A stretch of 64,000 nt of DNA from Vicugna vicugna. Its lineage: Eukaryota. A program made the position numbers and the translations under genes. Under the pieces are notes generated by a model. It did not search any database. It was given only the letters and a program-made list of their open reading frames with translations, and was not told where the DNA came from. The stretch lies in contig MU058824.1 in NCBI GenBank assembly GCA_013265495.1, forward strand, positions 5,110,691 to 5,174,690, in the 5' to 3' direction. Position 1 is the first letter of the stretch. Every line of letters starts with the position of its first letter. Below, one piece after another: positions 40,101 through 53,004 of the stretch.

Positions 40101-41739
40101 GAGGGGACAAGAAGGAGAAGTGTCAGCTGGTGATAACTGCTATGAAAAAAAATAAAGCAGGATAAGAATTTAGGGCAGCTAAGGTAAAGCCTCTTGATTG
40201 TACCATGCAGCTTTCCCAAGGCACACTGAAGCCTAGAACATCTTTGATCCTTCCCTCTGAACTATTGCACCATGACCTTTCCATGATAACTAAAGCCTGG
40301 GCCTATGATAGAGGTGGTTAGATAGAATAAGGTGGGGTCAGCAAGGGATTATTTCTTCCCTACAGTGTTCTATGTTTAACTGACTTCCCGGTAAGCTTTT
40401 ACTAAGGCAAGTAGGCTCTTACATTGGTACTCTGAAATTATGTTCAGGGTGTTGGAAATTTCCTAAATCCTGATTCTTAGCATTAGGGAACCAGCAAGGA
40501 AGTTAGTCTTGCAGTTGCGTTCTTTTTTCAGGGTTTTTCCGCTGGGCAGAGGTGAGGAGAAGGGCACCCAAGGGAACTGTTAGTTGCTTATCCTTCCTAA
40601 GTCTAGGGCACAGGGAGGACATAGGGGAGGTGAACCTCTTTTTAGTGTCCAGTGACAACCTCGGAGGCCCTTGGGGCCAACACCACAGGCAAGGTAGCTT
40701 GGGCCTTCTGTGGCTTCTGAACTATTAAAGAATGGACTCCCCCTCTTCCGGAGGCACAGCCAGGGAGCCTGCCCTCAGTTTGAGTCTTACCTCTTTTGGC
40801 ACTGGTGTTTCCCTCGTGCTTCCGTGGAAGACTGGGAGAAAAAGCCTCTTAAATTCCAAACTGTCTGACTTTACAAGTCAGACAAGGGAAAGATAGACAG
40901 GACTGTTTATTTTCTTAACTTGCCCCCAGAGCAGCGCCTCTGAAAAATGCCTTTTAATGTCTAATCCTTGCAAAAGTTTCCATCCTGGTCATTAAAAAAA
41001 TAGGAGAATAAGAATTAAGAATGCTGGCCCTGCTGCCACTTAATTTGGCTGAGTTTGGGCTGGGCCTGGGGCCCAGTAACTCCGGGAGGGTGGGGAGTTT
41101 CGAGGGAGCTATGAATCATAGTGAGCTCCATCACAAGAGTTGGGCACATTTTCCCCCACTGTGGACAGATTCCTGGGTGCTCTGCCTCCTTGAACAGGGG
41201 CTTATGAATAGAAAGAGTACTGGTAGAAGGGGGCTAAGCAGCCTGATCTCAGAATGGAAATTCAAAGGCAAAAAATGATGTCTAGATTCCTGAATTAAAA
41301 TGTATCCCTATCTCAGGAGCCCTTGGGGCCCCTCTAATAAAGGCAAGAGAACATCAATGTAGAGTAAGAGAAGAAAGAATACCGTTTCTCAATGGAAGGA
41401 AATTAAGACTCACTTCAGGACTTTTCATCTGCTCTCGCATGAAGGAAGCTTCCTGGGCTTTAACAGCCCTCTGGTCTCGGGAACCTTGATTTGCAAGGCA
41501 TGGAGAGATGAATGGGAGTTGGGATATTTGGGGTCTGGTGTGGGAAGAGCTGGCTGACTTTGGAGATTGTTGAACTGTGTCTATGGAAGCCCTAGAGCGT
41601 CCTATTAACCAGCTCTGGAAGAGGAAGGGCTGGGTGCTAAATGGGAGGCCTAAGTTTTTCAAAGGGTTGAATGGCAGATCTGAGAGCTGCTTTGGATTTC
41701 GGCAGCAGAGGGGTTAAGGAGATAGGTGGGGCTACCCTG

Positions 41740-42260
41740 GTAGTCCTGCCCCCTTGTGGACCAATGGGCGTGCGCTTCTTGCAGGGGGCGTGCCTCACAC
41801 TTGAGGTCGTAGGGAGGCTGGCCTCCTTTGGGCCAATGAGCATGGTCGCTGCCCACGGAGGGCCGAGTTTGAGGGGGGCGTGGCGGCCGCGGTGGCCGCG
41901 GCGGGGGTGTTGGGGCGCTGGGCGGGGCGGGCAGCCCCATCAGCTGGTAGGAAATGGCCTGTGAGTCAGAGGGGCAGTGGAGTCGGCACCGCGGAGCCGG
42001 GGCGGCCACGGGGAGGGACAGTCGCGGGGAGGGGCGCGGCAGCGGCTTGGGGGCTGCGGGCGCCAGGGCCCGCTAGTGTTGCACACGAAGCTGAACAGAG
42101 AAGAGCCTAACAGAGCAGGGCTCAGTCTGAGCCACCCTTTGTCTGGGTTGGGGGCCCTTGGTGGGGAGAACTGGGCATTCGAGGGGAGGGACCTGGACGG
42201 GACGGAAGGGCCCGGAGCAGAGGCCGCGGCGGCAGAGCCAATTTGGGAACGGGGTGAGTT
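41740..42260 (+). promoter_or_regulatory. Proximal CpG island / alternative first exon(s) of FAM214B
   Basis: CpG island with CCAAT boxes (~41761, ~41833), GC boxes and consensus donors GTGAGT at 41961 and 42254. Confidence 0.65.
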
Positions 42261-44781
42261 TGTGCTAGGGGGAAATAGCAAATCTCCGAAGCTCCAATAG
42301 GGAATGGGGCCTGTCCAAGACTGTGGGGAGGAGAGGAGTGAGAAAGGACTTGGGAGGCTAAGCAGGGAGTTGGGGGGGGGGTTCGTTCAGAACAAGGAGT
42401 CCTGGAGCCCGGGTGCTGGGGTGAGTCTGCTGGGCTCATTTTGGAGGAGGTGTTAAGATTTGTTTCCTCTCCACGGAGGGTGGAGGGCTCTGGGCCAGAG
42501 GTAAGAGGTTGGTGAGAAAGCAGTGGTTGACCTTCCTACCCACAGTGGTGGTCCCCCTAGCTTGTGTGGACGGATGTAGAGATAAAATGTAGAGCAGCTG
42601 GCAGCAGTTCTCTCTGAACGGGGTGAGGGTGGAAAGCACATGGAGAGGAATTCTCCTTCCTGCACCCTTCTTGATCAGGGTAGAAATGGATACCTTTTAT
42701 ACTAAAGGGAAGGGGAGAGTGAGCCTGGGAGCTCAACACCCACCTACCCCACCTCCCAGGCCTAGCAGGTGTCTGAGGGTATTGACCCCATGGTATTCTG
42801 GGACTTGTTGTTTTTGCTGGCCTTGCTCCCTTGGCATGTTGGGAGCTGTAGTCCTTGCCAGCCACAGCCTGATACAGTTGTTTGACGCCAGCCGCTCACC
42901 CCCTGCACAGAGAGTAAGGTTTTGCCTACCCTGCCCCTCCCTCTCCCCACCAAGTCCTGCCCCATGAGTCAGCTTGAAGCCATGGTCTAGAGCCAGACTG
43001 GCTGGGTGGCAGAGAACTGAGTCTTAAAGCTTCTCATTGACCCAGAAGGAACTGAGAAGGCTCGGGGGTAATGAGCAGATGCCAGGCATGCTGGGGTCAA
43101 GTCCCATATCATGTCATCACCTGACTTCCTCAGAGCAAGGACTCAAGAGGACAACTGGGATGACCTGGAGGTGGGAGTGCTAAGGAAGAGACCCTTCCTC
43201 AATCTGTATGATGTAGGTAGAGGAAAGGAGGAAAGAGATGAGTACAGGTTGTACCCTCTGACAATGCTGCCATTGGCATTCTGCCCTTTTCAGACACCCC
43301 ACCCACCAAAGGGGACCAGAATTTTCTTAGGGCTTCCAGTTCTAATGAGAACTTGGTGAAATAGGATAGTGTAGGGTGCAATGATGGGAACTTGATGTAA
43401 GGGAGCTTTTTGGTCCCTGGGTGCAAATCTCCCCTTTCTCCCTGCCTCCGACCCCACCTCTGTTGTTGCTGATTCTCCTTATACAATTAATCTCTCTGCT
43501 TCTCTCACTCTGGGAGTTTTTCTCTGCACTGTCAGGACTGCTGCCCAGATCTCTAGGGCTTGTATTCTACTTTTTTTCAGTCCTGTTTTATGCAAGGAGT
43601 GAGGCACAAATCTATCTTCAAGAACCCTGTGGTCAATTGGAGATGTTTTACCCACAGAAGCAAGCAAAACTCCCACAGGGTTACAGGAGATAGTGACACT
43701 GCCACAGGTGAAGATTTAGAGGAGACAGAGATATCTGTGGTCTGGGGTGGCAAGAACAGGCTTTCTGGAGGGGATAGCATTTGGCCTAGCCAAGGAGGAA
43801 GGGTAGGACTTGGATAGGCATTCAGGGGGAATTCCTAGAAGGGGGAAGGGTTTTGTGGATAGCAGGCAGAACAGGCTACTGACCAAAGGAGAAGCATGAT
43901 CTTGGGGAAAGTATTTCCTCTCATGATGAAAAATGGCCGTCAGCTTGACATCCCTAACCCAATATAGGCTCCTGAGGGTGGACGAATCAGTGAAGACCAT
44001 CTTGTGCCCTGGCAGAAAAGCAGTGGTTTGGGGTTTTGGGTGTTCGATACGTTGGAGACAAGTGAGAGGTACTCCAGCTGTCTGACTGTCTCTGCCTTAT
44101 CTCTAGTTTGCAGGGCCTAGGGGGTGGGGTAGGCCCTGGAAAGTGCCTTTTAGCTGTGCTTCCTCTCCCACCCCACCCTCCAGACTTGTTTTGGTTAGAT
44201 TTGTTGCTTCCTGTTAAAGGGACAGACTGCTGGGGGCAATTGGGAGTTTAATGCTGAAGGGCCCACTTTGAGCTGACCTGAGGTTTGTACCTCTAAGGAG
44301 CACTGATGGGGATTAAGTTTCTGCAAAACCTTTGCCCTTAGGGTTCTGAGGTGGCACTTGTCCCTTTGCAGATAGGTATATGGGAGGGAGTTGTGCAACT
44401 CAGTGGCCTTGACTAGGAAAGCTGAATTCTTGCTTTGGCCACCTCTCAGCTGGCATGATCTCTTGGACCATGAGGTATCTCATCCCCCTTCCCATTCAAG
44501 GCAGAAGTTCCCCAGCTGGTGGCCCTGACAAATAGTCATCCTGTCTCAACTTACTTCTCACATCCTTATTACAAAGAGCTAAGACCTGCCTCTCTGTGAC
44601 TCCTTGAGTGGCCCAGTTCTGCCCTCTGGACCCTGGATCCCAAGACTGCCCTTTCTGTTTCTGAAGAGCTTCTTATGCCAGAGGAGGATGTCCTGGGGTA
44701 TGCTCTATTAGCCCACAATTGGAGAGGAGCCTTATCACTGGCTCCAGAGATCTTGGCTTATGTCTGTTTTTCTCTCCTCAG

Positions 44782-44925
44782 GGTCCAGCTGAGCCCAGGA
44801 GCTGCACGGAATGGTGGCAGTCACCTTGCCAGTGCAGCAGGCATGGACCAGACTGCAAGCTAGGAGAGCAAGGCATCAGTCAGGAAGCGGGAACACACAG
44901 CTAGGCGTAAGGCCTCTTCATGGGG
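44782..44925 (+). other. Predicted 5'UTR exon of FAM214B
   Basis: Pyrimidine tract + CAG ending 44781 and donor GTGAGT at 44926. The next acceptor (TCTCTTCTCTTGTACAG) ends at 45167. Confidence 0.6.
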
Positions 44926-45242
44926 GTGAGTGCCAGGGAGAGGGAGGGAGAGCCGGTCCAATTAGAAACCTGAGCTAACCATGTCACGTTCTCAGAAGTT
45001 CTGGGAGAGGCCTCTAGATTCCATTAATCCATCTGGGGATTTGGATACCTTCAACCAGGAGTCCTCCAAGGTCACCTCTTCAGTCCAGGGGAGGATCTGA
45101 AATTCAGCTGGGAGGGAGAAGATTCACTAATTGCTCTGACCATCTTTTCTTCTCTTCTCTTGTACAGATGTCCCCAGGTCCCCCAGCCCAGGCCCAGCAT
45201 AAAGGCTGTGTGGGGGGGCCCCCCTGACCCAAGGGGGGCTTC

Positions 45243-47763
45243 ATGCGCCACGTGCAAGCCGAGCCGTCTCCATCCTCAGAGCCAGAGGCTGGCCCTTCGC
45301 AGCCTGCAGTCAGGCAGGGGGCCCTCCAGGGTGGCCTGCTCATGGGCTACAGCCCAGCAGGGGGGGCGTCATCCCCCGGGGTCTACCAGGTATCCATCTT
45401 TTCCCCTCCTGCTGGTGACTCTGAGCCTCACAGGGCCCTGAAACGGCCAGCCCCGCCTACCGAGGGTCCCCGGGAGCTGAAGAGAGGCCCTGGGCTGGGG
45501 GCCAGAGAGGGACTACCCCCTGAAGAACCATCTACTGTGGGACTATTGGGCCCAGAGGGACTGGGGCTGGGATTGGGTGTGGCCAGCCAACATTTCTGCC
45601 ATCATGGCCTCTGTGTTGTGGAACAGGGAGGTAGTTCCACCTCACCTTGGACTTCAGGAGCCTGGAGCCCTCCCTGGCCCCCATCAAATGCTTCCTGCAA
45701 TACTTTGCACACCAGAGACTGGGTTTCCCCAGATCCAGGGGGACAGGGGTCCCTGGGAGAGTCCCCAGGGCCAGCCCCTCCGGGCCAGCTGCACACACTT
45801 GACACTGATTTGCACAGTCTTGCACAAATAGGGGATCAGAGCCCAGTGGCTGGGGTGGGCAACGGGGGCAGCCCCTGGCCTAGGGAGTCCCCTGGCACTG
45901 CCAATGGGCACAGCCCCGAGCACACACCCCCTGGCCCTGGACCTCCAGGCCCCTGCCCCACCAAGCGAAGGCTGCTTCCTGCTGGAGAAGCCCTGCATGT
46001 CAGCTCTGAGGATGAGGGGCCAGCCCCTCGGAGGCGCCGGGGAACCCTGGGCCACCCTCCTGCTGCCAACAATTCTGATGCCAAAGCCACACCCTTCTGG
46101 AACCACCTGCTGCCTGGGCCCAAGGAGCCTGTACTGGTAAGCCAGGAGGGATGATCTGCTCTTAAGTGGATGTGTGTGGGGAAAGGTTATGGGCTATGGG
46201 GATGTTCCTATAAGAGCTTGTGATGAGTTCCTGCTCCAAACGTACCTGGCCTCTACCCAATCTCTTTCCTTAACCTTTCCTCTCCACAGGACCCAAGAGA
46301 CTGCAGTCCCATGGGACGGAGGCTGAAAGGTGCCCGTCGCCTGAAGCTGTAAGTGACCAGCTTCTCTCTCTGCCCTGTCCTTAAAATGGGACAGAAGTCT
46401 GTAATCCTCTTTCCAATTCCACTGTAGGGGACCTCAGGGAAGGAGGCCTGGGTAGTATCAAATAGTGGAACCCAAGGACGTGAGCAAGCATCCCAGATAC
46501 CTGAAGCCAACCCACTATGTATTCCTTCCCTTACCAGGAGCTCCCTTCGAAGCCTCCGGAAGGGTCCAGGCCTGCTGAGCCCCCCCAGTGCCTCCCCTGT
46601 TCCTACTCCCACTGTCAGCCGTACCCTGTTGGGCAACTTTGAGGTAATTTCCCTTGGATTCCTTCATTGGGGGGTTTTGTGGGAAGGGATGGTGGAGTGT
46701 CGCCTGGATGGATAAAGAAAATAGCTAGCATCTTTCTCATAATGTGTTTTCCCACCTCAACCCCAGGAATCATTGCTGCGAGGACGTTTTGCACCATCTG
46801 GCCACATTGAGGGCTTCACGGCAGAGATTGGAGCTAGTGGATCCTACTGCCCTCAGCATGTCACGCTGCCTGTCACTGTCACCTTCTTTGATGTTTCTGA
46901 GCAAAATGCCCCGGCCCCCTTCCTGGTATGACCTGATCTCAACCCAAAGTTAGCTTATGAGGAGGATGAGGGTTGGGGCAGGAGGTATTCTTCAGATGTT
47001 CTTATCTAAAGAGTGATGTCAGGAGAATGTCAGGGCCAGGTTGGGAGAACTCTAGTATGGGGCAGGGGCTGGGTCCCAGAGTGAGAGATTGTAGTGATGC
47101 ATGAGTATTCAAGGAATCTCCCAGACTCTATCTTGGCTGATGGCTCTATGGCCTTCCCAGGGTGTCGTGGACCTGAACCCCCTGGGGAGGAAGGGTTACA
47201 GCGTGCCCAAGGTGGGCACCATCCAAGTGGTGAGTTTTCCCTGAGGGGGAGTGGGAGTGGGGAGAGGAAAACATCCCCTAGACCCTACCAACCTTGCTTG
47301 TCCTGCCCCAGACCTTATTTAACCCCAACCAGACTGTGGTGAAGATGTTCCTCGTGACCTTTGACTTCTCGGACATGCCTGCTGCCCACATGACCTTTCT
47401 GCGCCATCGCCTCTTTTTGGTGCCTGTGGGTGAGGAGGGAAATGCTAGCCCCACCCGCCGCCTCCTCTGCTACTTGTTGCACCTCAGGTGAGGACAGGGG
47501 CCCAGGGCAGCTGGAGAGGAGGCCCAGGTACCTTTCTCTGACCAGGATTTCTCCTTGCTTCTCTACTGTCTGGATTCTTACTTTGGTCACCCTGCCTGTT
47601 CTCCCCCAGGTTCCGGAGCTCCCGCTCAGGCCGGTTAAGCCTGCATGGAGACATCCGCCTGCTTTTTTCCCGCCGGAGCCTGGAACTGGACACAGGGCTC
47701 CCTTACGAACTGCAGGCTGTGACTGAGGCCCCTCACAATCCACGTTACTCACCTTTGCCCTGA
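45243..47763 (+). CDS. FAM214B: FAM214B/ATOSB (atos homolog B), 538 aa; join(45243..46136,46290..46348,46538..46643,46767..46925,47161..47229,47312..47487,47610..47763)
   Basis: Translation MRHVQAEPSPSSEPEAGPSQ...LLGNFEESLLRGRFAPSGHIEGF...KMFLVTFDFSDMPAAHMTFLRHR...HNPRYSPLP*. All introns are GT-AG with consistent phases; total 1617 nt, matching the recalled human length. Confidence 0.95.
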
Positions 47764-48384
47764 CTGTCAGTGCCCTGAACCCATGTGGGTCAAGGACCTG
47801 CCCATCCTGCTCCATCCTGAACAGAGCAAACACGTGGAGAAGTGGCGAGAGACCCTTCAAGCTTGAATTAAAGCCCTTGCCATGCTCATGCCCAAATTGA
47901 TTACTTGGGTGTTTAGAGCTTCTGCTCCATACCACACCCTGACCTACTCTGGGTACTCCACGTGCCTGCCCCCTCCTTTGGATTTCCCAGGCCAGCTGAG
48001 GTAGTGAGGAGGACCTGGAGCTACCCTGAGGTTGTCCTAAGTTCCCAGGCAAGTCATGCCAGCGTTGCCTCCCTGTCCTGGGCAGGGGCCACTTATTATT
48101 TTATTTATTTTTTTAATTTATAATTTATTCAAATTGGATTGCCTTGGTAACCTCCCAAAGCTGATAATTGGCATTGCCCCTCCTCCTTTCCCACTCTCAG
48201 ATATTGCTCCAACCTCAGGAGTTGAAGATGCTAATATGGCAACTGCAGGAGAACTGCTCTCCCTCAGCTGAGGGCAGAAAACTTATCCCAGGAGGACTGA
48301 GTCACTAGCCAAAGACTCAGCTTCCCCTGTCCTTCCGTATTGCTTTTATTTCTTCTACCCTCTGACCCCTCTCTGAAATCCAAC

Positions 48385-48385
48385 G

Positions 48386-48419
<34 letters not shown>

Positions 48420-48432
48420 GGTGAGTGTGTGT
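48385..48432. repeat. (GT)n microsatellite in the FAM214B 3'UTR
   Basis: Seen directly. Confidence 0.9.
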
Positions 48433-48826
48433 GAAAGAGCATGCATGCATGCGAGCACACACAGGGGTTAACCACCCCTTATCTAGGACTCCAGCCTCCT
48501 GTTGTCCCTCTCCTCCTGCCTGTGTCTCCTTGCTTTGGGGTCCTGACTGAGGAAGGTGTTCGGGGGCAGAGTCAGGGCCAAGGACTGGGGTGCCTCCTCT
48601 CACCTGGCCAGACTCTGACCCACCTACCTCAGCTGGGGTAAGGGGCACCCTTCAAACTCAGTCATGTAGTTACCAACTACCCCATTCTCCACTTCAGACT
48701 CTGACCTAGCCTTAGCCCTGCTGAGTCTGGGCTGAGGGGAACAAGCATTTGCTGAAACTTGAAGAAAAAAAAAAAAACAGGAAAAAATTGTACCTGGTAC
48801 TTTTTTTAGGAAAAAGAAAGAAAGAA

Positions 48827-48832
48827 AATAAA
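48827..48832 (+). terminator. Candidate FAM214B polyadenylation signal
   Basis: AATAAA ~1.06 kb after the stop, followed by T/GT-rich sequence. Confidence 0.6.
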
Positions 48833-49479
48833 TTCTTGTTTGGAAACTTGAGCTAAGCCTTACTTTTTCTGTTGGGGAGAGCCTGGGAATGGGGATGGAG
48901 GGCCTAACTGGAGCTGGGATTCTGCTCTTTCCCCAGAGAAGAGATGTGAGGCCATAGGGTCTTAGGTGAGAGGTGATTCTTTGAGTCTGGTCTTGCTCTT
49001 TTCACGTAATAGGGTGGGGTGGTGGCGAGGGTTCAGCCATAAAAGCTGAACTCTGAATGTGGATCTGGATTCTTACATTGGTTCTATTGTTGATGATTTT
49101 AGCTCTTCTGACCCTCCGTGCCCTGATATGTAAAATGAGGGTGACTATGTAAGTCTCCTAAAGGATGTGCCAGAGCATCAGAGATGTATGCAGGGTGACA
49201 TGATCCAGATAAGGCTGACATTGGGGCTGTGTGCTGGACTCTATGCAAGGGGACCTGGCCTGATTGATAAGACTCTGGCCAGGAAGAGGTAGAAAAAGCT
49301 GTGGTGCCTTGGGAAAAGAGAGGAGGGGGAAATCTCAGCCCAATCACCAATGTTAGGTCCAGTCACCATGGCAACAGGAATGGGGTCAGTCCCCAGTGGG
49401 AAGGCTGGGTACAACACAGCAGGACTACAAGAGAATGTCACTATGGCAACCATGGAAACGAGTCAGCTCCAATCCCCTG

Positions 49480-50250
49480 GTCGCTATGGTGACAGATGGG
49501 GGCGATTATACACGCATAAGGGTAAACCGAGTTTCCGGTGCAGGTAAAGAACTCCATGGGAGGGTTTTCTGAACCATTTGCCTGCGGAAAATAGTCTCCA
49601 TTTGGTCACGGTGTCCGGGTTCTTGGACTTGATCAGTGAGAACCAGAAGAAGATCCAGTCTTGGACCCTCTTTAGAAGGTCTGCGTCTCTCAGGGAGCAA
49701 CTAAATGCACGCTTCTGTCAAATAACGCTGATTGGCTGATTGGCTGACTGTGGAATGGGGGAAGGGACGGCCCGAAGTACATCCGGGGCAGTGGGAATAA
49801 AGGAGGAAAGGCTTGGCCCTGGTATCTAGAGCGACCGCTCTGCCCCGCGCCTCGTTGGTTCCGGGGGTCGCTGTGGCCGTGGGAAATGCTGGCGCGCGCG
49901 GCGCGGGGCACTGGGTCCCTTTTGCTGAAGGTGAGTGCGAGGCAGCTTTCTCCAAGGGTCCGGTCAGAGATCACCTGGGTGTTCAGCTGGAAAGGAGCGG
50001 GATTCTAAGTTTGGGGAGAGAAGTGGGGTCAGAGGTTATGGTACTCACGTGAGTCGAGAACCCTTTTGGGTGCCTCCTGGGACAGGCGCCGAGACGGGCG
50101 GGGTGCCCGGTCGGCTTGGTCTCTGCTAACCCTCATCTTCCCTTTAGGACTCCGTGCGGGCTTCTGGCCGCGCTCCACGCCGCGCCTCCTCTGGATTACC
50201 CCGAAACACCGTGGTACTGTTTGTGCCGCAGCAGGAGGCCTGGGTGGTGG
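49480..50250 (+). promoter_or_regulatory. STOML2 CpG-island promoter and first exons
   Basis: CpG-rich, with tandem reverse CCAAT boxes (CTGATTGGCTGATTGG ~49728-49743) and an ETS-like TTCCGG ~49533. Confidence 0.7.
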
Positions 50251-52888
50251 AGCGAATGGGCCGATTCCATCGGATTCTGGAGCCTGTGAGAACCTCTTCT
50301 GCCCACCTCAGGCCACCCTGAATCCCAGTTCCCTCACGCCATGGGGGGATTGGGTGAGACCTCGTTGGGGCCTGCCCTCACTGGCTTCTGACACCCCAGG
50401 GAGACCTGGCAGGGCCCTGACCATCATACCCATCTTACCTATTGCCCTAGGATCCCACAGGCCCCATGTTGGGAATCTCTTCTGTTCACCCTGTCAGCTC
50501 CACCTGTCTGCATGGAGACAGTTACTCTGCTGGCTCCCATTCCCTTGACTCTTCTCTGCAGTTAGAGGCCGGGCCTCACATTCCTATCCTCTTGGGCTTC
50601 CCTACCAATGATACCCCAGCTCTTTTACTTTTCTGGGGAGAATCTGTGTTGATTCCTTACCTACTCCAGTCCTAGCTTGGACCCCAATCCTACAGCCCCT
50701 ATCCTTCTGAGGACCCGTGACTCCTCTTCCCAGGGCTTGAACATCCTCATTCCTGTGTTAGACCGCATCCGATATGTGCAGAGTCTCAAGGAAATTGTCA
50801 TCAACGTGCCTGAGCAGTCGGCTGTGACTCTTGGTGAGGGGTTCAGGGTGATGTGGGTGCTCTGAGGCCGTTAGGATATGGCAGCAGGAGAAAAAGCTGT
50901 TTGGGACCTGGAGGCCTGGCCTTACTTCTTTTCTTTCCTGCTCCTGACCTGCAGACAATGTAACTCTGCAAATTGATGGAGTCCTTTACCTGCGTATCAT
51001 GGACCCTTACAAGGTATCTGCCCCCTGCTTTATTCAGCTCCTGAGTTGCTATCCTCACTAAAGTCTTTCATCCAGGCTACTTACACTATCCATTCTCCTT
51101 TCAGGCAAGCTATGGTGTGGAGGACCCTGAATATGCTGTCACCCAGCTGGCTCAGACAACCATGAGATCAGAACTTGGCAAACTCTCTCTGGACAAAGTC
51201 TTCAGGGTATGGGGATCTGAGCCAGAGTCAGGGTTTGAAGACACATACTTGGCACTCTCAGTCCTTTCTGGGGATCAGTCCCAGGACCTTCTCAGCTCAG
51301 ACCCCTGATAGGTGGGTTGAGGCTAATGGGATCACACCTCTCTTCCTCCAGGAGCGAGAGTCCTTGAACGCTAGCATTGTGGATGCTATCAACCAGGCTG
51401 CCGACTGCTGGGGTATCCGCTGCCTCCGTTATGAGATCAAGGATATCCATGTGCCACCTCGGGTGAAAGAGTCCATGCAGATGCAGGTGGGGGCCAGGGA
51501 GGGATAGGGAAGAGGACTTCAGGATGCTCCAATTGCATGGGGACCTGGACTTCCTTCCTAGGGATGGGTACAATTGCAGGTCTGTGTAAAAGTTTACTTT
51601 TACTCTGGTTTCTCATTGATGGGGGTGGCTGGGGGTTTCTAGGTGGAGGCAGAGCGGCGGAAACGGGCCACAGTTCTAGAGTCTGAGGGGACCCGAGAGT
51701 CGGCCATCAACGTGGCAGAGGGGAAGAAGCAGGCACAGATCCTGGCCTCTGAAGCAGAAAAGGCTGAACAGATAAATCAGGCAGCAGGTCAGCAGAGGGT
51801 AGAGGCTTAGGGATGAACAGAGCATGGATGGGTCTTTGAGGGTTGGTGCTGGAACAGGAGCTTTGGAATACCCTGATCTCATAGGTCAAGTTCTGTCTCT
51901 TTTCTTCTAGGAGAGGCCAGTGCAGTTCTGGCCAAGGCCAAGGCTAAAGCTGAAGCTATTCGCATCCTGGCTGCAGCTCTGACACAACATGTGAGAGGCC
52001 CCTGGGTGGGAGTCAGGGACAGAAATTGAAAGTAGAAGAGATTCCCTCATTTACTCTTTGGAGAAATTCCTGTCTTTTTGGTTCCATTGATCCAGATTAT
52101 ATAATCTTGTGTGTTGTGAACTGCATATCCTCTTTCTGGGAACCTGACTTCTCTCCGCTTCCTTCCCTCCCCTCTCTCTGAATCTGTGATCTCTGATTTT
52201 TATCCTCCTTATGGCCACAGAATGGAGATGCAGCAGCCTCACTGACTGTGGCCGAGCAGTACGTCAGCGCGTTCTCTAAACTGGCCAAGGACTCCAACAC
52301 TGTCCTGCTGCCCTCCAACCCCGGTGATGTCACCAGTATGGTGGCTCAGGTTAGAGTGCCCTGAGGACGTGGCACAGAGCACCAGTGCCAGAGACTGAGA
52401 CCCTGCCACCACCACCATCAGTTTTACCACAGATGCCTTTAGAGTGCCCTGAGACCTAGACCTCTCTTTGTTCCCTGAAGGAAATACCCTCATTCATCCC
52501 TGAAGATAGGAAACCTCTTTTTTTTTTTCTTTTTTTGCAGATGCTTGTATTAGTATTTTGAGGGTGACCCTGCTCTGGGAGTTTGTAACATTCTTAGACT
52601 GACTTCAAAGTTTGTAGGAATAAGGTTTGAGAGAGAGGAAAAAGCAAGCTTACTGGCCCCAGCTCCACCTTCTTCCTTTTAGCCATTGATGGGTCGGGTT
52701 GCGCCTCCTACCATGCATCCTCATGACTCTCTCTCTGTCCCTCTCCTCAGGCTATGGGTGTGTATGGAGCCCTCACCAAAGCCCCAGTGCCAGGGGCCCA
52801 GGACTCAGTCCCCAGCAGGAGCAGCAGGAATGTCCAGGGCACAGATGCAAGTCTTGATGAGGAACTTGATCGAGTTAAGCTGAGTTAA
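49886..52888 (+). CDS. STOML2: Stomatin-like protein 2, mitochondrial, 356 aa; join(49886..49930,50148..50285,50734..50833,50955..51013,51105..51206,51352..51486,51643..51787,51911..51990,52221..52349,52751..52888)
   Basis: Arg-rich presequence MLARAARGTGSLLLK, SPFH/band-7 domain (VPQQEAWVVERMGRFHRILEPG...WGIRCLRYEIKDI) and C-terminus DEELDRVKLS*. All introns GT-AG; total 1071 nt. Confidence 0.96.
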
Positions 52889-53004
52889 TGGAGCCGGGCT
52901 TGATCGGGGAGGCTGGGGACAGGGAAGCAGCTCTCCCAGACTCTGGCTCTGGCCTCCCTGCCAAGGTTTTGTTTATTATTTTTTTATTTGAACTTTAATC
53001 ATGT

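Noticed and set aside
47315..48052. 245-aa antisense ORF over the FAM214B last exons
   Set aside because: Shadow ORF in GC-rich coding sequence, non-ATG start, no recognisable homology.
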